DNA from: Nemertoderma westbladi
Taxonomy: Eukaryota > Animalia > Xenacoelomorpha
NCBI GenBank assembly: GCA_032718475.1
Contig: JAUCBJ010008759.1
Span: forward strand, 35,089 to 99,088
Direction: 5' to 3'
DNA length: 64,000 nucleotides
Part shown: positions 41,541 to 52,398 of the stretch, piece by piece
Layout of the letters: each line of letters begins with the position of its first letter
Position numbering within the stretch: the first letter of the stretch is position 1
The notes under the pieces: generated by a model
The model's input: the letters and a program-made list of their open reading frames with translations, nothing else
Told to the model about the DNA's origin: nothing
Databases searched by the model: none
Program-made: the position numbers and the translations under genes

Positions 41541-41655
41541 ATCAAGTCGGAAAAGTTGTGCTAAGGGGCGCCTCAAAGCTGATAGTCCTGAAGAACGTGT
41601 TGGGAAATGGAAAGATCACTTCAGCACCTTGCTTGGGCAGCCACCAAACATCGAG
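41541..41655 (+). mobile_element. RTE-like LINE fragment from the region upstream of RT
   Basis: Translates SRKSCAKGRLKADSPEERVGKWKDHFSTLLGQPP. Confidence 0.6.
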
Positions 41656-42044
41656 CTCAGCCCTACAAGGAAAAGGCAGTGATTTTTTATGTCCTTTTAT
41701 TTGACTTTTTTTGTCATTTTTTTTTTACGAATTATGCATAATGACTTTTGTTGTCCTTTTAATGACTTTTATTGTCCTTTTAATGACTTTTATTGTCCTT
41801 TTAATGACTTTTTATGTATGTATTTCTTCAAACTGTCAGACTGATGATTTCTGGACTGTCAGACAGTTGATTTCACTATGCCTGTGCCAAAACATTCCAT
41901 GATTTATAGAATATGAGATAGATTTCCATATGCGCCTGTGGTAAAAAGACTCTATATTTAATAGTTTGTGGTTGTTGTCGATAATTGATTACCACATGAT
42001 GTAGCAAAACACTCATTTTATAGCCAAAAACAATTACCAATTGA

Positions 42045-42865
42045 TGGAAAGGAGCAGGTTAAGGCCGAGTTTTCTAACCAAAACAATAAACAGTCACTTT
42101 ACCAAATCAGGGAAAGGAGCAGGTTACAGAGACGGGATTTTCTAACAAAAAGAATAAACGATCACTTAACTAATTGAGGGAAAGGAGCAGGTTACAGAGG
42201 CGGGATTTTCTAATCAAAACAATAAACGATCACGTAACTTATTGAGGGAAAGGAGCAGGTTACAGAGGCGGGATTTTCTAACCAAAAGAATAAACGATCA
42301 TTTAACTAATTGAGGGAAAGGGACAGGTTACAGAGGCGGGATTTTCTAACCAAAACAATAAACGATCATTTAACTAATTGAGGGAAAGGGGCAGGTTACA
42401 GAGGCGGGCCTTTCTAACCAAAACAATAAACGGTCACTTTACCAATTCAGGGAAAGGAGCAGGTTACAGAGGCGGGATTTTCTAACCAAAACAATAAACC
42501 ATCATTTAACTAGGGAAAGGGGCAGGTTACAGAGGCGGGATTTTCTAACCAAAACAATAAACGATCATTTAACTAATTGAGGGAAAGGAGCAGGTTACAG
42601 AGACTGGAATTTCTAACCAAAACAATAAACGATAACATTACCAATTGAGAGAAAGGAGCAGGTTACAGAGGCGGGATTTTCTAACCAAAACAATAAACGA
42701 TAACATTACCAATTGAGGGAAAGGAGCAGGTTACAGAGGCGGGATTTTCTAACCAAAACAGTAAACGATCACTTAACTAATTCAGGGAAAGGAGCAGTAA
42801 GGCCGGATTTTCTAACCAAAACAAAAAACAGTCACTTTACCAAATCAGGGAAAGGAGCAGGTTAT
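42045..42865. repeat. 68-bp minisatellite, ~12 copies
   Basis: Unit GGGAAAGGAGCAGGTTACAGAGGCGGGATTTTCTAACCAAAACAATAAACGATCA... Confidence 0.92.
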
Positions 42866-43164
42866 CCGTAACACTACTCAGACAGTATTCATGACCATTA
42901 TTGATTATAAAACTAATACAGTAATAGGCCTAAATTATGTGAAAGGTATATCCACATTTTCCACAATCCTGCAATCTAGTTTGGCCTATCAATTATTTAA
43001 AATTTATTAGCACAACCGGTAGGCCTACCATTACCGTATTTAAATGGTAGGCTACACAGTAGGCCTATAGCAGTACCGGTGCCGGTACCGGTACTAAAAT
43101 ACAGAAATACCTGCTTTATACCTACATCTGTACATACAATACAGCAAAATAGTGCTATATATAC

Positions 43165-44823
43165 TAATACTACTAGGATCGGCATGCTGCATTGCAGCTG
43201 CATTTTTAAGAATGCTGTGCCGGCTTGTCAACAAAATTGCACCGCCACAACTCCCTATCACCCATGACATTTGCTAGATCATCCGCATCTTTAAGGCCAG
43301 TGTCCTTTAAGATGCGTCTCAAGAAAGTCATGGGCTGTCCACCATGCTTATTCACTCCATGAGGCTGCCAAAGTACAAGATTATGCACTGGCTGGTCCTC
43401 ACGGCGAAAGCAATGTCCTGCAAAGCGGAGGCGGTTTTGTTCTAGTGTCAAGCTTGGGGGAACCAATGAGACACCTCCAATGTTATATAGTGTCTGGTTG
43501 GAGATGTGTGCATTGTACTTGACACAATGAACCCGGCGTAGCATTCTTGTGAATGTGCCATCCAGAGATTTGGTGTCCTCAGCAGTTAGAGCCCAGCATG
43601 GACTCCCATAGAGGAGTACTGGAACTACTGCTGCTCTAAATAATCGGACCTTAAGTTTCCGATTAATTCTCGGTGACTTCCAAATCCTGGAAAGCCTATT
43701 CAAGGCTGCCCATGCCTTTCCCTTACGTATTCGAAGGTCCTCACCTGACTTCCGGATCCATGATCCCAGGTAACAGAAGTCGTCCACATGCTCAAGCATA
43801 CCATCCTTTGAGCTTATGCTCATCCTATCAGAGACTTGCTGAGGACTTTCAAAGTTAACGGTCAGAATTTTGGTCTTTCTGGAGTTAATAAAAAGACCAA
43901 CACTAGAAGCAGCATGTTCTAATGAGCTGAGGAGCCGTTGGGCTCCCTCTAATGATTCTGAGAGTACTCCTAAGTCATCAGCAAAGTCTAGATCAGTTAG
44001 GTACTTGGCAGGATTTCCTCGACTTCTGGAGCCAGTAGGTGGAGTTATCATCACCCCATCATCATTATGATGATCTAAGGACATGCGTAGAACATAGTCA
44101 ACCACAATAATGAACAAGAATGGTGCAAGTGTGTCTCCTTGGAGGACGCCCCATAACACTTCAAATGGTTCTGTGTCACCGTCAACAGTAGACACAAATG
44201 TTGTCGAACCATCGTATACTGATCTGATTGCTGCAATAATTTCATCAGGAATCCCATATAATGAAAGTATGCTGAACATACGTGAGCGAGAGACTGAATC
44301 AAAGGCCTTGAAGAAGTCAACAAAGATAACAGCCAGATGCCTGTCTTTCTTTTTTGATAATTCTTCAATTATCCTTCTAAGTGCCAAAATGGGCTCCATG
44401 GTCCCACGACCTTTACGGAACCCATTCTGATTTCCACGGAGCAGTCTCTCAATGGGATCCCTGATGCGATTTAATAGAATCCTATTGTATAGCTTTGCAG
44501 CAATCGAGATCAATGAGATTCCCCGAAAAGAACCATAGAGTGTTAGGTTGCCCTTCTTGGGAACTGGCACCAACTTATTTGTTTTCATTTCTTGTGGGAC
44601 TCTTGTTGTTCGGTACATGTCTACTATGATGGGACAGATGAGCTTTAAACACTCAGGTATTTTAAAGACCTCAGGGGGAACACCATCTACTCCACTGGCA
44701 CGATTGGTCTTAATGCTCTTTGCAGCAGCCTGCACTTCTGCAAAGGAGATATCGCCAATGGGAATATCTGGGAGTACAGACTCAGACACTTTTACTTCTA
44801 TAAAGTTATCAGGCAATACCCTG
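43165..44823 (-). mobile_element. RTE-like non-LTR retrotransposon, 5'-truncated, RT frame open
   Basis: ASGVDGVPPE, FRGISL, QNGFRKGR, FVDFFKAFDSV, GVLQGDTLAPFLF, LDFADD, YLGS; short 3' UTR ending in a (TAG)n tail. Confidence 0.92.
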
Positions 44824-45004
44824 TATGACTGATATATATAGATATATATATATATACTAATACCGGTACTGATAGCCTGAGAGAACAGCAGTAGAGAAAC
44901 CGGTAGCATGGAACCTAACATTAGACTTTTGGAGGACATAAAAAATAAAAAAAAAGGACAAAAAAAGGATTTAAACGGACAATAAAAATTATTGCGCAAG
45001 GAAA

Positions 45005-45172
45005 ATATATGACAAGACGCTACCTATAGAAACAGGGGACTTCACACCTGCCGAACTCCAAAGAAGCATTAAAAGCATGTCCAATAATAAATCGAGTGGA
45101 TTAGATGAAATCCCAGCGGAGGTATGGAAAACAGGAGTGCTAAACAGACAATTATTGAATGTTTGCAACATG
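45005..45172 (+). mobile_element. Divergent RTE-like LINE fragment
   Basis: Translates LPIETGDFTPAELQRSIKSMSNNKSSGLDEIPAEVWK. Confidence 0.65.
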
Positions 45173-45252
45173 TTTGCAATAGGCATACATACTGTAACTA
45201 GGTGATTGCAGTAGGCCTACAACAAGTTCTGCAGTACTTTGGCTCAACTTAC

Positions 45253-45313
45253 TCTTTATTGTAAAGCAATAATCGGTATGTGACCCACGGAATGGTTAGA
45301 ATCAATGGAAAAA
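45253..45313 (-). CDS. Class B1 GPCR TM4 mini-exon (61 bp, absent from the ORF track)
   Basis: tttttag|(V)FPLILTIPWVTYRLLLYNK(E)|gtaagt; phase 1/2 bridges the flanking exons exactly. Confidence 0.88.
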
Positions 45314-45345
45314 CTAAAAAAAATATACAAGAATATTTATATACA

Positions 45346-45482
45346 GTTCTGTATGAGAATATTCTGTATGAGAATATTCTGTATGAGAATATTCTGTATG
45401 AGAATATTCTGTATGAGAATATTCTGTATGAGAATATTCTGTATGAGAATATTCTGTATGAGAATATTCTGTATGAGAATAT
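45346..45482. repeat. 15-bp tandem repeat (GAGAATATTCTGTAT) x9
   Basis: Perfect units visible directly. Confidence 0.95.
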
Positions 45483-46234
45483 TTATTTTACATAAATAAG
45501 TCTGTGTAAGATGTAAAGTAAAATCAGCAGTGAGTGTAAAATACCAGAGTTAACAGAGTCAACCGGAATGATTCTCTTATATGCTGTTCTGTATATGACT
45601 GGATCCAACAAGTTGGTTTTCGGAAAAACATAATTGTGAAAGAGAAATAGACGTAAAGGACATTGAAAATGTGCAGGCCATTACTTGACGCGTGCAGTAT
45701 AGTCTGCAACTATTTCTGCTGCTCAATTACTTTTTGCAGCAATGTTTCACCCCCCCCCCCCCCCCCTTCCCCGCCTAAGGTTTTAATTTCACAACCAGGT
45801 ATTAGGTATTACAGTGCACTTATGTAAAACACTATTGGACGGAAGTTATATTTCAACCGAAATCAATTAACGGCTACATTATGTTCATGGCTTGACCTTT
45901 TTATAATCTTATATTCTGTCTCCAACAATTGAATCGGAACTAATTAGCTACCACTCTAACGCTTGGAATTGACAGCGACCACTTATCCCGTCAGCGGTAC
46001 TTCCGATTCCTATAATTTATATAACTGGAATAAAATGTAGTAATTGAGATAAACTAGGCCGCAAGAGCCAGCCACTATACTGCTGGGACATTATTGTCAG
46101 ATTCATTTAAAATTGATTCGTTAAGTTGGGATTTGCGTCAAGTTCTCTCCCCTCTCCCCACCTGAAAAGAAATATTAGTAGGGCAAGAGGATGTAAAAAG
46201 TAAAATAAAGTAAATTAAATTGAAGTTATCTTAC

Positions 46235-46391
46235 CCCATCCAATAAACTTGTAGAGCATAATCCATAGATCAGACGAGAAAACGGCCCTTACGAGGACTG
46301 TTTGTAGATATAAACCCTCGACAAGGATCCACGCGAAATTCGCTATGGTTACGTAGACTTGTACAGAAACGACCGTCCGACAAAATATAAG
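46235..46391 (-). CDS. Class B1 GPCR exon (TM3-ICL2)
   Basis: ccacag|LIFCRTVVSVQVYVTIANFAWILVEGLYLQTVL...KFIGW g|gtaag; 157 bp, phase 0/1. Confidence 0.93.
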
Positions 46392-47332
46392 CTGTGGAAA
46401 AGAATACAAATATTGGAAGTAAAAACGTTCGTGTTTATTAAAAATATTTGTTTTATTGACCAATATTTCAATTTACGGAACAGGGGTAAATTTTTTTGTT
46501 CCATTTTAAAACCCAAAGGTGCAATAATTTATATTCCACTCTGGGTTTCGTTTTGTATCTAAATATTCAACGATTAATATAAATATATTTATTAATTAGT
46601 ATTTATTTAAGTATTAATTCAAATTATATTATGCAAGACTGAACTGCAGTTTGTTTGTTTTGTAGGTGTAACCCACAGAGCCGCTTACCCATTTACAAAA
46701 TTAATGAATTATTCAGTTATTAGAACATTTTATAAATCCGGCATTATCGAGAATAACGAAACCGATTGAAACTTCAATCATTTCACAGTACTACTGCCCA
46801 CTGCCTACATGTGGCACTCCTATCTTTATTTGATTACTCACCACCACCGCTGCTCTGAACAAAGTTTGCATATAGAATAGATGACCCCTCTGACTCGTCG
46901 TTATGTCGTTATGTCAATATATATATACATAATGTTGAACTTTGTATTTCGAGTAGTGTATGGAAGATTGCATGATTGAGTGAGGTTTTAATAGAAACTC
47001 ATTTGTTGGTTTTTAGATAAAATATTTGATAAAAAAATGTCGGAAATAACTCATAGTTACTAGTTTTAGTTTGTCGAGATTCCAACATTCTGCCCTCATG
47101 AATTTGGGTTTGAACCAGAATAAATTTAAACAACCTGACATTATAATACTTTCCAATATAAATTTTATTTATGTCTGAAATATTTGCATCTTTATAGTTG
47201 GTCTGTTATTATTTTATAATCTCACAAACACATTCAAATAAAAACACAATTCAGAGTATATAAATAACCTGTTTGGGGAAAAATTTAAACATTTTGTATG
47301 AAAGTAAATTACATATCCCAAATCATTCAAAT

Positions 47333-49309
47333 ATGGCTAGTAGTGGTGAGACATTTATGATTCAAAAAGGTGTTGAGAATGGGGTGACCTCCTCATCATT
47401 GAATCATATTGAAAAGCTCATGACAACATCAGTACAATCAGAAGATAATATTTTGGAGATGGTGAATCCGATAGTAATTAATAGTGAAGACAACGATACG
47501 ATAAAGAACGATATTAATAATGAACTCATTACAGAGTCTTCTATAATTATTCAGCCACCATCGTTTGTGGAACGATTCAAACAGAAGCTGCGAACCGCTA
47601 AAACTTTCCGTAGAATGGATTCCACCGATTCGGTGATATCCGCATCAGATTCTGTCAACAAAATGCGGAGAATGTTAAAGTTTTACTTTATGAATCCTTG
47701 TCAGAAGTTCCGCGCCCGTGGGCGACGGCCTTGGAAGCTGGTATTGAATATACTGAAGATCATTTTAGTGACAATACAACTGACCATATTCAGTGAAGAA
47801 CACAGTTCTGTAGTAAATTTCCAACAAGACAGTCGGTTGGCTTTCCATCTTCTACTGTTAAAGAATTATTCTGCGGAGTATGCCTCCGCTTCAGGTTATC
47901 CAACCATCCTTCATCCATATTCGATTTATCTTCGGACGGATCTCTATGGATACATTGATTATGCTGTTGAGAAGTATATATCAATAGAGAATGCAACTAT
48001 AGGACCTTACAGCCACAATATGCTGGGATATGGGGTACCTCCGATAAAATTTTGTCGAACCCACATGGTTAAGGGAGTTATAGATGCTGTGACTGGACTA
48101 GTTCAAATTAATACAACAAAAGTTACATCATGTCAATTTATGTGGTCCAATGTTACCAATTCACCTCCTAAAAATTTCGATACAGAAACTTGGTTAAAGC
48201 AAACAAATCTTACTTTTGAGTGGGAATCTCTTACTGAAGTCTCTTTGCATATTATTTTAAAAACAATCCATATCAAAGCATTGGACATTGAAGAAAGTCC
48301 GGATTGTTTCCGATTCAAACTCATCATCACTTTCGATAACTCTGGGTTTGATGGAAAAGTTCCAGTAAGTCTAAAGATTTTTCCAACAGAACTGCGATGT
48401 CATACCAATATAACATATGCCCGGAGAGTTTTTGATTGGGAGACCTTCACCAGTGTCTACAACACAATAATTATCCTTTCATGTTCCATATCTGTTGTTT
48501 TATGTACTCGCTCATTAATTACATCCTTCCGTATAAAAGCGATTGCCGTAGAATTCTTTATTAAACAGATGAATAAACCCTTGTTGCAAGACGACAAACT
48601 GAAGTTTATCAATTTGTGGTACTTCCTGATTATAATCAGTGATTTATTAGCTATATGTGGGAGCATTATGCGACTGATTCTCGGATCCGAGTGTGTTTCT
48701 CATCAATACGAGATAATTTCCATCCTCTCCGGTTTAGCTACTCTCACTGCCTGGGCTGGGGTTCTACGATACCTCGCCTATTTTCAGGAATACAACATTC
48801 TCCTCCTCACGGTAAAGAGAGCCCTCCCTAAAGCCGGTCGCTTCATGTTGTGCACCGGTATGATCGCCTTTGGCTATGCCTTCTGTGGTTGGGTTGTCCT
48901 TGGTCCGTACCACAGTAAATTTCGAACATTTGAATCCACCTTTGCCGCCTTGTTCTCCCTGGTAAATGGAGACGATATGTTTCCAACCTTTGCGGATATG
49001 AATCTCGATTCGATTTTGGTCTGGTGGTTTTCGAGATTTTATGTTTACAGTTTTGTTTGCACATTTATATATCTGATACTCTCGGTGTTTATTTCAATAG
49101 TAAATTGTGAAGCAGAACAGATCAGAAGATCAGTCGGTGTTGATCAATCCGAACTTGAAAGTTTTATCAATGAGTGTACAGACACTCCGGAATCTGGTTC
49201 ATATCGGCTCAACAAAGATGACGACACATGGAGTAATCTATTTTGCGATTGTCGTAATAAGCAGTCCACTGATCATGAAGAGTATGTAAGTCTTAAAACG
49301 GGAAACTAA
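47333..49309 (+). CDS. MCOLN: Mucolipin / TRPML cation channel with a single-exon CDS
   Basis: LKFYFMNPCQKFRARGRRPWKL, large luminal loop, FINLWY, GVLRYL, GWVVLGPYHSKF, pore FSLVNGDDMF; first ATG at 47333; no stops. Confidence 0.95.
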   Translation: MASSGETFMIQKGVENGVTSSSLNHIEKLMTTSVQSEDNILEMVNPIVINSEDNDTIKNDINNELITESSIIIQPPSFVERFKQKLRTAKTFRRMDSTDSVISASDSVNKMRRMLKFYFMNPCQKFRARGRRPWKLVLNILKIILVTIQLTIFSEEHSSVVNFQQDSRLAFHLLLLKNYSAEYASASGYPTILHPYSIYLRTDLYGYIDYAVEKYISIENATIGPYSHNMLGYGVPPIKFCRTHMVKGVIDAVTGLVQINTTKVTSCQFMWSNVTNSPPKNFDTETWLKQTNLTFEWESLTEVSLHIILKTIHIKALDIEESPDCFRFKLIITFDNSGFDGKVPVSLKIFPTELRCHTNITYARRVFDWETFTSVYNTIIILSCSISVVLCTRSLITSFRIKAIAVEFFIKQMNKPLLQDDKLKFINLWYFLIIISDLLAICGSIMRLILGSECVSHQYEIISILSGLATLTAWAGVLRYLAYFQEYNILLLTVKRALPKAGRFMLCTGMIAFGYAFCGWVVLGPYHSKFRTFESTFAALFSLVNGDDMFPTFADMNLDSILVWWFSRFYVYSFVCTFIYLILSVFISIVNCEAEQIRRSVGVDQSELESFINECTDTPESGSYRLNKDDDTWSNLFCDCRNKQSTDHEEYVSLKTGN

Positions 49310-50703
49310 TCATTTTTGAAAAATATTGAAACTCAATCAGCATTTTGATTATTCAATATAAAAATTACGTTTTTTAACTATTAATTATTATGTAACGAAA
49401 AAATCACTTGTTTTTTACTCTGTGACGCGTGTAACAAGTATTATTTAGATATACCCAATTACTTTGTGTTCTATTAAATCTTCCCAGCAGCCGAACTTAT
49501 GTAACAGTGTAAGTAACATCTTCATCCAGTATCTTTAATTTATTGTTGCAATCTCTGTCCCAATCTTTTGGTGATCGTAGACATACATAGCAGTGCCGAA
49601 TCCATTATGTCGTTAATTTGATTTTAAATTTTTTACCAAATGCAATATATCAATATAATATTAATTGATAATTACATTATATATTAATTGCCAAGCAAGT
49701 TAAGTAAAAAACCTTACCGGTAGGTATGCAAGGACCAAATTATGTAAAAAACTAAAAAGCAACTGGACCTAGACGGTTGCATGCAATCAGTGATCAGCTG
49801 TCGGCAGTCAGCTGACCGGTAGGTTTCGCCTCACAAAGGAAGTTATTCGCAGGAGGCCAAGCCAAGAGATGACATTAAAAGTGTGAGTCTCAAAGGGAGA
49901 AGGAAGGGCAATAAAACAAAGAGATACCAGTAACCATCTACCGGGAAGCAGCACCACAAACTTGCGCCAATCATGTTTCTGCTTTTCGATAATGGGCCGG
50001 CGAGTACGAATATAATACATTTCAAGCTTTTGGAGAACAGCCAACAATAGGTGCCGTGCAATTACTTTGAAATGTTTAAATTGCTCGCGCCAGTCAGCCT
50101 GCAAACGTGTATTGGGCTCGATACGGTGTGTCATGAAATAATTATCAATTTATAATAATGTTTCTTCAAGAGTTCATCTATTCTTAGTTTCTATTTCTAT
50201 AAAATTAATTATTAATTCTGAATTTGAACATCAATTAGTCCCACAAGTTATCAATAAGTCGGCCAATTATTTATAAAATGATAACATTATAATATTGGGG
50301 TCACTAACTAATATTGAAAAATAAAATGAAAATTACAAAAACAAAAACAAAAACAAATACATATTTGGTGCTAATTAATTAATTTTTTATGTCATAAATC
50401 TAATTTAGCTAATTTAGGTTTGGGTTTTGTTAGTATTGATTGTAAAACTACTCATCCAGTAAAACTACAAAATCCATCGATATATACAAACTATCTCTTT
50501 CCGGTGGGTGTTCAGTAACAAAAGCCTGAGAGAGTCTGACAACTGACTTATCCCCTTAATTAATTACTAATTGAATAGCCTGCCTATCAACACACCAATT
50601 CATAAATGGTAGGTCTACAATTATATATTGTTTTAATTCAATTACAACTTTTACTAATATTCTTTCGTACGACGATATTTCTTATCCCTTAAACTTGACT
50701 TAC

Positions 50704-50875
50704 ATAAGTGGGTGAATATATATCATCCGGGACTCGAAACAGGGTCATGTAACCCGAGAGACGTAGAAGTCCAATAGTAGCTCGAGCGATAAACGAAGCG
50801 AACATGTGGATGTGAATGACAATACGAATTGATAGAGTCTTCCTGCAGCAGGTAATCACGCCAATACAGTCGGTC
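50704..50875 (-). CDS. Class B1 GPCR exon (ICL1-TM2-ECL1)
   Basis: RKTLSIRIVIHIHMFASFIARA...SPTY|gtaagt; acceptor at either 50842 or 50875 (same frame). Confidence 0.85.
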
Positions 50876-51286
50876 CTGTAAAAATATTTAAAAAAAGTTA
50901 AGGATCGGAGAAGACCAAGTATATCCCGGATCCAACACAGAGGATGCAACCCGAAGAATCCTCTATCTTTTGACTGTTATCTAAAGAAAGGGTTGGCCCC
51001 ACACTAACTCCCAAGGTCGAATATTCTAAATATCGGATACGTTTTACTCCCTTAGATTATACAATGTTCCCAACCCATTACAAACTGAACCTCTGAGTTA
51101 ATAGCTTAACGAAAACTAGATTCTTCTTTTTATATGGCTCGAACTCAAAAATTTAAGTTTCTGAAAACCGACGATCTAACTTCTAACTCTAAATGTTTTG
51201 GTACATCATCATAATTGATGATGAATCGAAAATTCCGTTAAGGCCCGTTCACATACAAAGGATCTGTACACCGCGCTGTGTACCGC

Positions 51287-51533
51287 TACTACTACTAGGA
51301 TCGGCATGCTGCATTGCAGCTGCATTTTTAAGAATGCTGTGCCGGCTTATCGACAAAATTGCGCCGCAACAACTCCCTATCACCCATGACATTTGCTAGA
51401 TCATCCGCATCTTCAAGGCCAGTGTCCTTTAAGATGCGTCTCAAGAAAGTCATGGGCTGTCCACCATGCTTATTCACTCCATGAGGCTGCCAAAGTACAA
51501 GATTATGCACTGGCTGGTCCTCGCGGCGAAAGC
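51287..51533 (-). mobile_element. Short 3' fragment of the RTE-like LINE with (TAG)n tail
   Basis: Near-identical to 43170-43412; GTGTACCGC on both flanks may be a TSD. Confidence 0.88.
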
Positions 51534-52398
51534 AGCCGCAGTGTACCGCAGCCATACCGCTTCAGTACCGCAATGCAAACCATTGGGTCCAACCTATCTG
51601 TAAATGGGTAGTTTACCGCTCACGCACCGGTGAGTGCGAATGGGCCATTCCAGGTATTCATTCATTAACTCAGAAGGGTTATATGTTACTGTTCAAATTA
51701 GTAGGTCGATTTTTATCAAGGTTGGAACCGTAATGATTACCTTACCTCGCACCGGAGGGATGGATATATTAGTGACGGATTAACGTAAATTTATCAGGTG
51801 AAAGATAATTAATTATTTAGGGTCTTAACCCCTTGAGGACAGCAACGAGCCTTGGTTCAAATAATGTATTCCAATGGTATTTTTACATTAAAATGGACCC
51901 ATGAGTATGAAAAAATAACAAAAACAAAATTTCAATGTGTCAAACTGGAGATATGACAAGGTACACCAGTGTACCTGGTGTCCTCAAAGGGGTTGTATGA
52001 AAATCATTAGTCTAATATATTGGCTGATATCCCATGAAGAGAAACTGAATGATTATAAGTGGTAATGTGATAATAACGCGACTAAACTTTAATCAACAGT
52101 AGTGTACACTCATATAGGTGTACAGTATATGTATGTATATAATTTATTATACACAATTTTCAATTATATACAAAGCATTTAACTCGTTTGCAATTCCTAA
52201 ATTAATTTAAGTGTACTGTATATGTATATATAAAATTATACACAATTTTCAATTACATATAATCATTTAACTCATTTGTAATTCCTAAATTAATAAAAAC
52301 GGAACTCCTACAATACAGACAATGACACCCCCTGAAAGACTAAAACCAATATTGGTACTCCCTACACTGTATATATAATATAGTGAAACAGTTTAGAA

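Noticed and set aside
47273-47332. TTG-initiated N-terminal extension of mucolipin
   Set aside because: Eukaryotic gene; the first ATG at 47333 is the more plausible start
49808-50134. Additional GPCR exon or small gene
   Set aside because: No recognisable motif, and the flanking GPCR exons already join in phase without it
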